NCBI GenBank assembly: GCA_964572825.1
Contig: CAZNGS010000005.1
Coordinates: 479 to 64,478 of the forward strand
From: an uncultured candidatus Brocadiaceae bacterium
GTDB taxonomy: Bacteria > Planctomycetota > Brocadiia > SM23-32
Length of the DNA: 64,000 nucleotides
Direction: 5' to 3'
Shown here: in pieces, positions 21,114-29,183 of the stretch
How positions within the stretch are numbered: the first letter of the stretch is position 1
Layout of the letters: each line of letters starts with the position of its first letter
Position numbers and translations under genes: made by a program
Notes under the pieces: generated by a model
What the model was told of the DNA's origin: nothing
Databases searched by the model: none
The model's input: the letters and a program-made list of their open reading frames with translations, nothing else

Positions 21114-21413
21114 TCTGAAAAGTGACTTTGCCGGGACATGGCACCCACCCCCGGAAGTGGAAATGTGTTGGGGAGAATCGTGGGTCGCTCCCGCCGGCCC
21201 ATCTCCTGTTGGAAAGCACGCAGAAAGGGATGACCGGAAGAAATGGACACATCGGTCCCGAAGGGTTAACCTCCTGGTGGAAACCAAACGGCAGAGGTGC
21301 CGATGTGCCCGCAGCTTTATGTTCGCACGGGGCAGAATGCGGGCGATAAGAAAGGGCGGGACGGAAGGCCTGCGCGGGGTTGCGCCCCGGGCGGGGAGAT
21401 CCTGGTTCCTGTC

Positions 21414-22295
21414 TCACAAGAGGTCCAGGACGGCACACAGGTTGCGGCGGTCGTCCTCCAGGGATTCCCAGGGTGTCTCGAGGATCATCGGCAGGCCCTC
21501 GAAGGCGCGATGGTTGAGGAAGTGCCGCAGTCCCCCCGTGCCGATGGTGCCGCGGCCGATGTGTTCGTGGCGGTCTCGCCGGCTGCCAGGGCGGTCCCGC
21601 GAGTCGTTGACGTGCAGCAGACCCACCTTTCCCAGCCCCACGTGCCGCTTGAGGTCGCCGACGAGGCGAGCTACCTCGGCGGCACGGCGAAGGTCGTATC
21701 CGGCCCCGAACAGGTGGCAGGAATCCAGCGCTACGCCGATACATGCGCCGGAGCCGACATCGTCCAGCGAGTGGACCAGGGCGCCCAGTGTTTGCAGGTC
21801 ACCTCCCGGTCCGTGGGGAGACGCGGTGCCCTCCAGCAGCAGCGGCGGATGGGCCTCCGCTTCTCCGAGGGCCCGTCCGAGGGCCCCTTCGGCCCGCGCC
21901 AGGCCCCAGGATGCAGGACGGCCTTTGTGGCTCCCCGGGTGGAGCACGTAAAGGTCCGCACCCATGGCGGCGGAGAGTTCCAGCTCCGCCCGAAGCCGCT
22001 GGATGCTGCGGCGCAGGACACCGTCATCCTGTGAGCAGGGGTTGATCAGGTAGCACGCATGGACGCAGAGCGGGGAGAGGCCGGCCTGCGTGCGCGCTTC
22101 GCGGAAGCGCTGGATCTCTTCCGGCGAGCGCTTCTGCAGGGCCCAGCCGCGGGGGTTGCCACAAAAAACCTGGAAGGCCGTGCAGCCGCGCTCGACCGCA
22201 CGGTCCACGGTATGGGGCAGGCCGCCCTCGATGGAGACGTGGAACCCGATGCGGACAGGGGCGGCCGCGTCCTGTGATACGTCCGGGGCGCGCAT
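21414..22295 (-). CDS. nfo: endonuclease IV (apurinic/apyrimidinic endonuclease)
   Basis: Nfo TIM-barrel motifs (IGFHVSI, VLHPGSH, LLHVNDS, EHIGRGTIG). The likely start is MRAPDV at 22295, within a longer ORF open to 22469. Confidence 0.85.
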   Translation of the reverse strand: MRAPDVSQDAAAPVRIGFHVSIEGGLPHTVDRAVERGCTAFQVFCGNPRGWALQKRSPEEIQRFREARTQAGLSPLCVHACYLINPCSQDDGVLRRSIQRLRAELELSAAMGADLYVLHPGSHKGRPASWGLARAEGALGRALGEAEAHPPLLLEGTASPHGPGGDLQTLGALVHSLDDVGSGACIGVALDSCHLFGAGYDLRRAAEVARLVGDLKRHVGLGKVGLLHVNDSRDRPGSRRDRHEHIGRGTIGTGGLRHFLNHRAFEGLPMILETPWESLEDDRRNLCAVLDLL

Positions 22296-22473
22296 CCGAA
22301 GCCTTCCAGCCTGTTGAAGAACAGGTGATATCGCGTGGTGGCGAGACGAGGCCCTGGACACGCTCTTCTGGGTGGAGCACAGGCGCCGTCGCCCGTGGAC
22401 TCGCAGCCGGGGCCTGCCCGCGTGCGTGCCCGCCGGGCAGACAGGCGGCTGAGCCACGTCTTTCAACAACCCC

Positions 22474-24207
22474 CTACGCGTAGTCGAGCAGCTCGGGCAT
22501 ACGGTCCAGATAGGTGCGGGCCCCGCTCAGTATCTGGTCGCGCCGCATGCGCACCCGCGGCAGGGTCTCATTCAGGAAGTTCTCCGCGAGGGCGTGCTTG
22601 TGCTCGTTGCGCATGGCGGGCCCCAGCAGCAGATAGCCGTTGTAGATGATGGTGGCGCTTTCGACCAGCTTGTCGGCGTGGAGATCGCGGAAGTCGCTGT
22701 CCTGCTCGCCGGCGTAATCGACGGCCTCTCCCAGCCGGACCCGCGCCTCGCGCAGGGCTTCGAGCATGGATTCTTCCCCCCCCGCCTCGGACAACTGCTG
22801 ATCCAGCTCGGCGAACCGTTCTTCCAGCGTCCCTTTCAGCACGTAGCCGACGGCGGCGTTGTGCTGTATCTGGGTGGTGCCTTCGTAGATGGTGGTGATG
22901 CGGGCGTCGCGGTAGAAACGCTCGACCTCGTAGTCCTTCATGTAGCCGCTGCCGGCCAGCACCTGGAGGGCGTCGTAGGCGACCTCGTTACACATCTCGG
23001 TGGCGTAGTACTTGGCGATGGGCGTCAGGGCGCGGGCCAGGGTGATCCAGTAGCGGCGCTGATCGGCCAGTTCGTCCCCGCCGTGCATCTGGTCGAGCTC
23101 ACCGGAGTCACGAAGTTCCTCGATGTTATCCGCCATATCGACGGCCACGGCGGTCTCCAGTGTAAACAGCCGGGAGGTCTCGACCTTCATGTGCATGTCG
23201 CCCAGCATCTGGCGCACCGCGGGGAACTGCCGGATGGGCTTTCCGAACTGCTCCCGGTCCGCCGCGTATTCCAGGGCGGCACTGAGGGCGGCCTGCGCGA
23301 TGCCCACGCCCTGGGCCGCGATGGCCAGGCGGGCCCCGTTCATCAGCGACATCACGTATTTGGACAGGCCCCGCTTCCGTTTGCCGATCAGGATGGCGGG
23401 CGTGTTGACGAACTGCAGTTCGCAGGTGGGGGACCCGTGGATGCCGAGTTTGTCTTCAATGCGCCGCACGCGCAGGCTCGGCCCCTTCTCGCACAGGAAC
23501 AGGGACAGGCCCCGGGCCCCGGCGGTGTCCGGCTCGCTGCGGGCCAGCACCAGCAGCACTTCCGCGCAGCCGTTGGTGATGAACCGCTTGACGCCGTTGA
23601 GGCGCCAGATGTCATCTTCTTCGTCGTGGGTTGCCCGGAGCTGCACGTTGGTCAGGTCGCTGCCCGCGTCCGGCTCGGTCAGTGCCATGGCGCCGGTCAC
23701 CTCGCCGCTGCTGAAGCGGGGCAGGTACCTGGCCTTGACCTGTTCGTCGGCGAACCTGTTGATCGTCTCGGCGATGTCCTGCAGGCCGAACAGGTTCATG
23801 AGGCTGGCGTCGGCGCGGCTGACCAGCTCGATGGCCATCGTGTAGATGGTGACGGGCATGTTGAGGCCGCCGTAGCGCCGGGGGAGGGTGAAGCCCATCA
23901 GGTCCGCCTTGCTGAGCTGGTCCAGTGCCTCGCGGGTGCCTCTGGCATAGGTAACCACTCCGTCCTCGAACTGCGCTTCCTCCTCGTCCACGTCCGCGGC
24001 GCGGGGCGCGATGAACTCGGCGGCCAGCTCGCCGACCATCTCCAGCACGCGGCGATAGTTGTCGAGGGCATCCTCGTAGTCGTGGGGGGCGTAGTCGAAT
24101 TCCTCGGCCTGCCGGTAGTTGCGCTCCTCCAGCATGACGATGGTGCGGAGGTCCGCATTGTCGAGGAAATCGACGACGTCTTCGTTGTCCGTGAAGAAGT
24201 TGGGCAT
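22474..24207 (-). CDS. acyl-CoA dehydrogenase (long form with C-terminal extension)
   Basis: ACAD N-terminal, middle and C-terminal domain motifs (GAMALTEPDAGSD, catalytic region YEGTTQIQ). Confidence 0.85.
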   Translation of the reverse strand: MPNFFTDNEDVVDFLDNADLRTIVMLEERNYRQAEEFDYAPHDYEDALDNYRRVLEMVGELAAEFIAPRAADVDEEEAQFEDGVVTYARGTREALDQLSKADLMGFTLPRRYGGLNMPVTIYTMAIELVSRADASLMNLFGLQDIAETINRFADEQVKARYLPRFSSGEVTGAMALTEPDAGSDLTNVQLRATHDEEDDIWRLNGVKRFITNGCAEVLLVLARSEPDTAGARGLSLFLCEKGPSLRVRRIEDKLGIHGSPTCELQFVNTPAILIGKRKRGLSKYVMSLMNGARLAIAAQGVGIAQAALSAALEYAADREQFGKPIRQFPAVRQMLGDMHMKVETSRLFTLETAVAVDMADNIEELRDSGELDQMHGGDELADQRRYWITLARALTPIAKYYATEMCNEVAYDALQVLAGSGYMKDYEVERFYRDARITTIYEGTTQIQHNAAVGYVLKGTLEERFAELDQQLSEAGGEESMLEALREARVRLGEAVDYAGEQDSDFRDLHADKLVESATIIYNGYLLLGPAMRNEHKHALAENFLNETLPRVRMRRDQILSGARTYLDRMPELLDYA

Positions 24208-24222
24208 CTTGGCTCCGATCCC

Positions 24223-25257
24223 TTACTTCGCGTGTTCCTTGTAGGTCTCGATCAAGGCCGGAATCACCTCGTTCAGGTCCCCGACGATGCCGTAGTGGGC
24301 TATCTGGAAGATGGGCGCGTCGGGGTCGGTGTTGACGGCGACTATCTTGGTGGCCTCCTGCATGCCGGCGCGGTGCTGCACGGCACCGCTGATGCCGCAG
24401 GCGATGTAGAGCTTTGGCCGCACCGTGGTGCCGGTCTGGCCCACCTGATGGTCCTTGGGGATGAATCCGGCGTCGACGGCGGCGCGGGAGGCGCCCACCT
24501 CTCCGCCCAGCACGTCGGCCAGCTCCCGGATGAGCTCGAAGGTCTCCGCGCTGCCCACGCCCGCGCCGCCGGAGACGATGATGTTGGCCTTCTTCAGGTC
24601 CACCGCAGGCGGCGCTCGGAACTCTTCGATCTGCTCGACGCAGAGCAGCTCCTCATCGATCTGGCCGGTGAACCGCATCAGGTTGCCCCGGCGGTCGGGG
24701 TCCGGGGTGCCCATCTTCATCACGCCTTCCCGCACCGTGGCCATCTGGGGCCGCGTCTCCGGGTTGACGATGGTGGCGATGATGTTGCCCCCAAAGGCGG
24801 GCCGTATCTGGTAGAGCAGGGCGGGGTAATCCTTGCCCGCGACCACGTCACGGTGAGGGCCGATCTTCAGGTCGGTGCAGTCGGCGGTCAGGCCCACCTT
24901 CAGCGTCGAGGCAACGCGGGGCGCCAGGTCCCGGCCCAGGGTGGTCGCGCCGAACAGCATCACCGCCGGACGCCACCCGGCGATCATGCGGGACAGCACG
25001 TCGGCGTAGGGCAGCGTGCTGTAGTGAGCCAGTGCGGGTTCCTGTGCCAGATGCACCTCGTCGCACCCGTGGGCGAACAGCTCCCCGACCAGTGGTTCGA
25101 CGTCGTGGCCCAGCAGGAAGGCCCCCACGCGGCCGTCCTGCTCGTCCGCCAGCTCCCGAGCCTTATGCACCAGTTCCAGGCTTACCTCGGCGATCTGGCC
25201 GTCCCTGACCTCGGCGAAGACGCAGACGTCTTTGGGCTCCTCGTGCATGTCGGACAT
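24223..25257 (-). CDS. etfA: electron transfer flavoprotein alpha subunit
   Basis: C-terminal FAD-binding region ...PKLYIACGISGAVQHRAGM... Confidence 0.9.
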   Translation of the reverse strand: MSDMHEEPKDVCVFAEVRDGQIAEVSLELVHKARELADEQDGRVGAFLLGHDVEPLVGELFAHGCDEVHLAQEPALAHYSTLPYADVLSRMIAGWRPAVMLFGATTLGRDLAPRVASTLKVGLTADCTDLKIGPHRDVVAGKDYPALLYQIRPAFGGNIIATIVNPETRPQMATVREGVMKMGTPDPDRRGNLMRFTGQIDEELLCVEQIEEFRAPPAVDLKKANIIVSGGAGVGSAETFELIRELADVLGGEVGASRAAVDAGFIPKDHQVGQTGTTVRPKLYIACGISGAVQHRAGMQEATKIVAVNTDPDAPIFQIAHYGIVGDLNEVIPALIETYKEHAK

Positions 25258-25289
25258 GGCTCCTGCGATTTCGGATCGGGTGGGGGGCG

Positions 25290-26159
25290 TCAGTCGAAGA
25301 TGTGCTCTTCCATCAGCTCTTCGACCAGCTCGGCCAGGCCCTCCCGGGTCGGTTCAACGGCCTTGTGTTCTTCGGACTGCAAGCGGACGGAGTCGATCTT
25401 CTTCACGCGGGTGGGCGATCCGCTGCCGCCGCAGGACTCCTCGTCGGCATTCACGTCATCGGCGCCCCACTGTTGGATCAGCAGCCCGGCCTCCCGCAGC
25501 CGTTTCGCGGCCTGGTGGCCGCCTTCCCGGTCGAGCTCACACACTGCACGCGCGCGCTTGAACTTCATCAGGCGTTTCGCGGAGGCGGGGCGCGGCTCGT
25601 TGGCCGTGGAGGTGACTGTCAGCAGGGCCGGCAGGGGACCGCGCAGCACCTCGTAGCCGTCCTCCAGGGCGCGCCTGAGCTCTACGTGCTCCGGGCCTAT
25701 GTCGCGGATCTCTTCCACGTAGGTAAACTGGCACAGCCCGAGTTTCTCGGCAAGCTGCGGCCCGATCTGTGCGGTGTCCCCATCGATGGCCTGCCGGCCG
25801 CAGAGCACCATGTCGGGTTCGGGCAGCATTCGGACGGCGCATGCGAGGGCGTAGGAGGTGGCCAGGGTGTCGGAGGCGGCGAAGCGGCGGTCCGTCAGCA
25901 GCACCGCCCGGTCCGCGCCCCGGTAGAGGCACTCCCGCAGCGCTTCGGCGGCCCCGGAAGGGCCCATGCTGAGCGTCGTGACCCGGCCCCCGTGCGCGTC
26001 CCTGATCTGCAGGGCCATTTCCAGTGCGTTCAAATCTTCGGGGTTGACGATGGCCGGCAGGGCAGCGCGATTGACCGTGCCGTCCTCCTTCATGGCTTCG
26101 CCGGTCAGGTTCTCGGTGTCCGGCACCTGTTTGACGCAAACTATGATCTCGTAAGGCAC
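25290..26159 (-). CDS. etfB: electron transfer flavoprotein beta subunit
   Basis: MPYEIIVCVKQVPD N-terminus typical of EtfB. Immediately upstream of etfA. Confidence 0.9.
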   Translation of the reverse strand: MPYEIIVCVKQVPDTENLTGEAMKEDGTVNRAALPAIVNPEDLNALEMALQIRDAHGGRVTTLSMGPSGAAEALRECLYRGADRAVLLTDRRFAASDTLATSYALACAVRMLPEPDMVLCGRQAIDGDTAQIGPQLAEKLGLCQFTYVEEIRDIGPEHVELRRALEDGYEVLRGPLPALLTVTSTANEPRPASAKRLMKFKRARAVCELDREGGHQAAKRLREAGLLIQQWGADDVNADEESCGGSGSPTRVKKIDSVRLQSEEHKAVEPTREGLAELVEELMEEHIFD

Positions 26160-26286
26160 TTGTTGCAGTGTCCCGGGGAATGAGGTTCGGTGGATGCGCC
26201 CGTGGGATTCTCGACGGTCCGCGGCAGGAGGGCGCCGACCCGGACGCGGCCAACCAGAACCCCAGGGCAGAGCGTAGATTGTAGTT

Positions 26287-26320
26287 AAAAGGCCGGGAGG
26301 GCTTCAAGTGCCGCGCCCGG
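26287..26320 (-). terminator. possible intrinsic terminator downstream of glnD
   Basis: Minus strand: CCGGG-N18-CCCGG hairpin followed by a TTTT run. Confidence 0.25.
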
Positions 26321-26367
26321 ATGAAGGCCACGGCTTGCTGGGTCCGGCAAGCCAACCCGGCACGCCG

Positions 26368-29040
26368 TTACCCGATGGCGGACAGCAGCCTTTCGCGCAC
26401 TTCGTCCAGGCGTGCGGCCTGCCTGACGGGTCGGCCGGTTTCCGCGTCCGTGAGGCAGAACACGTCCCGCACAAGCTCGCCCCGGGTGCGTATGCGGGCG
26501 AATTCGATGTTCAGCTTCACCGAGCCCAGGGCATCCGCGACCTCGAACAGGATGCCGGGTCTGTCCCTGGCGACGATCTCCAGCGTGGTGAAGGGAACGC
26601 CGGGTTCGTTCTCGAAATGCACGGCGGAGATCGACCGACGTGACTGCATGGGTTCCCGACCGGCGGCTTGTTCGGCCCGCCGTCGCAGTTCGGCGCGGAT
26701 GTCCAGCGCGCCCTCTATGGAAAGGACCAGGTCGTTCTCGATTTTGTCCCAGAAGGTGGGGTCCGGGTTGATGGGGCGGTCCTTCATCTGGACGACGAAC
26801 CGGTCCAGCACCGTGCCGTCTTCCAGCGTGAAGGCCGTGGCGCTGAGGATGTCCAGGCCGTTGTAGGTGAACACGCCGGCGATCTGGCAGAAGCGGGCGG
26901 GCAGGTCGGAAGTGCAGACCCAGACCCGCGCGTCCCGGCTCCGGATGGTGGGTGCCGTGGCCGCCGGCTGCTCGTCCAGGCGTTCGACCAGTTGCAGGTG
27001 CGAGAGGGCTTCCTCTGCGGTGACCTCCGTCTTGTAGAGTTGCGGCAGCAGTTGGACAAAGTGCTCGGCATCGCTCAAGCGGTTGACGCGCCGGGCGGCC
27101 GCGAGGAATTCGCGATCGAAGTGTTCGGCCGTGGCAAACGGGGCGTAGTCGGGCACGAGCACGGCCACCACGCTCTGGAAGAGCTCGAAGAGGCGGGCGT
27201 CGCGCCAGGCGAACCACGCCAGCTTCCCGCGGGCGCGGGCATGGGCGTAATGCAGCAGGTAGAGCGAGCGGAGCCTCCGGGGCTCCCGCACCACCTTCGC
27301 CAGGCTTCCGGCCGCCTCGCCGGGGGGGACGTCGGGGTCGCTGACCGGGCCCCACAGCAGGTCCCGGTTGCTCAGCAGGAAGACCAGCTCCTCCCGGTCG
27401 CGGCGATTCAGCCCCAGCCGATCGGCGACATCGCCACCGGCCTCGGCACTGTCGCGAGGCTCTCCGGCCAGCTCCAGGTCGTGCAGCAGTATGGCCAGTC
27501 GCAGCAGATCGGTCCTTTCCACCTGCTCGAGGGTGTGTCGCTGGGCCAGCTCGGAGGGCTCCTTGGTCTGTCCCAGTTCGTCGATCGTGCGCAGTGCCTC
27601 CACGGCGTGCTCGTCCAGCGTCAGGTCGCCGGCCGCCTCCGGATGTATGCGGTGGACCAGGGGCCGCAACTCCGGCAGGTAGGCCTGCAGGAGGCCGCAC
27701 TCTCGCATCCGGCTTATGCGCTCGGCCACGCCGACGCTGCCGCCCAGCAGGTCGAGGAACGCCTGCCCCACGGCGGGGTCGGTGCGCGACCGGGCGGTGA
27801 CGGCGTCCAAATTCTCGCTGACCTGGTCGAGGAGCTGCTGGCTGACGGACAGGTGGCGGCGCTGGCTGAGCCGGAAGAGCTGCATCATGCGCGGGAGCTT
27901 TTCCTCGGTGCCGAAGGGCGGACTGGCGGCGCTGTATATGCGTCCCTCCACCTCCACGAAATCGCTCTCGAGCCGCCGACGGGGCGGCTGCGGTGTCCGC
28001 CGCCAGGCGACCCTGTGCAGGTGCAGGAACCGCTCGTGGAAGCTGCGCAGCAGCCGGGACACCCGGCCGGTGTGCAGGAACACCTCCTGCATGAGAGCGG
28101 CGGCGGGGTCGGTTTCCGCGCCGAAACCCAGTCTCTCGGCTACTTCCTGCTGTGCGCCCCGATGCAGCAGGTCCGGCCCGTCCCCCTGCGTCAGGTGCAG
28201 TGCGTTGCGCACACGCAGCAGCAGCTCTCGCGCCTCCGCCGGGGCGCGCCGTCCGCGACCCTCCAGCAGGGCCGCTTCCTCGCCACGCCCGGCGTGCAGT
28301 TCTTCGATGGCGGGTATGTTGCTCAGGCACTCGTTGAGTGTTTCGAGGGCCCCCACGTCCCGCAGGCATCCGGCGCCGTCTTTCAGGTTGGGTTCGGTGC
28401 AGTAAGGCGAACTGGTGAACGGATCGCGCCGGGCCATCGCCTCCGCGAGCACCTCTTCGCCGAGGGTTCCCCAGCACCCGGGCAGGAAGCGGTCCGCCAC
28501 GGCGGATTGCAGTTGCCGATACAGCCCCGTGGAACCGCTCAGACGCCGGGTGCCCAGCAGTGCGACCGCGCTCAGGTAATCCCGCCGCATCAGCGCGATG
28601 ACTTCGTCTGGAGTGTGAGCGACGGCGGCAGTCCGGTATCCGGCGCGCCTCAGAACGTCCTGCGATTCTGCGGCCAGTCGGGTCGCCTCGTCCGGGTCTT
28701 GCCCGGTGTGCAGCGCGATCAACCGCACGGTGCTGCCGGGGCTCATGAAGCCGCGTCCGTATCCTCCGACCGCCACCCAGCAGAGTCGGAGGCTGCTGCC
28801 CGCGGCTGCGGATTCGACGAGGTGTCGCACGGCCGTGTCGGCCACCCGCGCCAGGAACCGCGCCAGCCGTCTGCCGCAGTGTGCTGGCTCTGCCTTTTCC
28901 GCCAGGGCCAGGGCGCGGTGGCGGAACTCTGCCAGGGCTGCGCCGGGGATCGCATCAACCGATGTGGTCTCCTGCCGCACCTCCCGCAGCAGGGCCTCCA
29001 GCTCTTTTCGTCCGGGAAATTTGCTCATCGGCGACTCCAT
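26368..29040 (-). CDS. glnD: [protein-PII] uridylyltransferase/uridylyl-removing enzyme
   Basis: N-terminal nucleotidyltransferase motif VAVGGYGRG, central HD region and two C-terminal ACT domains. Start is MESPMSK (29040) or MSKFPG (29028). A 1307-aa ORF extends upstream in an overlapping frame, but that part overlaps uvrA and is spurious. Confidence 0.85.
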   Translation of the reverse strand: MESPMSKFPGRKELEALLREVRQETTSVDAIPGAALAEFRHRALALAEKAEPAHCGRRLARFLARVADTAVRHLVESAAAGSSLRLCWVAVGGYGRGFMSPGSTVRLIALHTGQDPDEATRLAAESQDVLRRAGYRTAAVAHTPDEVIALMRRDYLSAVALLGTRRLSGSTGLYRQLQSAVADRFLPGCWGTLGEEVLAEAMARRDPFTSSPYCTEPNLKDGAGCLRDVGALETLNECLSNIPAIEELHAGRGEEAALLEGRGRRAPAEARELLLRVRNALHLTQGDGPDLLHRGAQQEVAERLGFGAETDPAAALMQEVFLHTGRVSRLLRSFHERFLHLHRVAWRRTPQPPRRRLESDFVEVEGRIYSAASPPFGTEEKLPRMMQLFRLSQRRHLSVSQQLLDQVSENLDAVTARSRTDPAVGQAFLDLLGGSVGVAERISRMRECGLLQAYLPELRPLVHRIHPEAAGDLTLDEHAVEALRTIDELGQTKEPSELAQRHTLEQVERTDLLRLAILLHDLELAGEPRDSAEAGGDVADRLGLNRRDREELVFLLSNRDLLWGPVSDPDVPPGEAAGSLAKVVREPRRLRSLYLLHYAHARARGKLAWFAWRDARLFELFQSVVAVLVPDYAPFATAEHFDREFLAAARRVNRLSDAEHFVQLLPQLYKTEVTAEEALSHLQLVERLDEQPAATAPTIRSRDARVWVCTSDLPARFCQIAGVFTYNGLDILSATAFTLEDGTVLDRFVVQMKDRPINPDPTFWDKIENDLVLSIEGALDIRAELRRRAEQAAGREPMQSRRSISAVHFENEPGVPFTTLEIVARDRPGILFEVADALGSVKLNIEFARIRTRGELVRDVFCLTDAETGRPVRQAARLDEVRERLLSAIG

Positions 29041-29183
29041 TGCTGGTGCAGTGACACTGTTTCTGCCCGGGCGGTCCAAGAGGCCCGTTGCGGAATCGTG
29101 CTTCGCTGCGGCGAGACGCCGCAGATACCCTTGCACGGATGGGGTGATCGCCGGGCACAAGATAAGCCAGTCCGTGGCGGGAG

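Noticed and set aside
20876-21280. Candidate MntA-like antitoxin ORF (MCPFLPVIPF..., about 135 aa, minus strand) upstream of HepT
   Set aside because: It has no GSxxxG/DxD nucleotidyltransferase motif, atypical codon composition, and an RBS spaced too far away. It is treated as non-coding leader.
22594-25656. 1020-aa plus-strand ORF
   Set aside because: It is antisense to the acyl-CoA dehydrogenase and etfA/etfB genes, which carry clear motifs.
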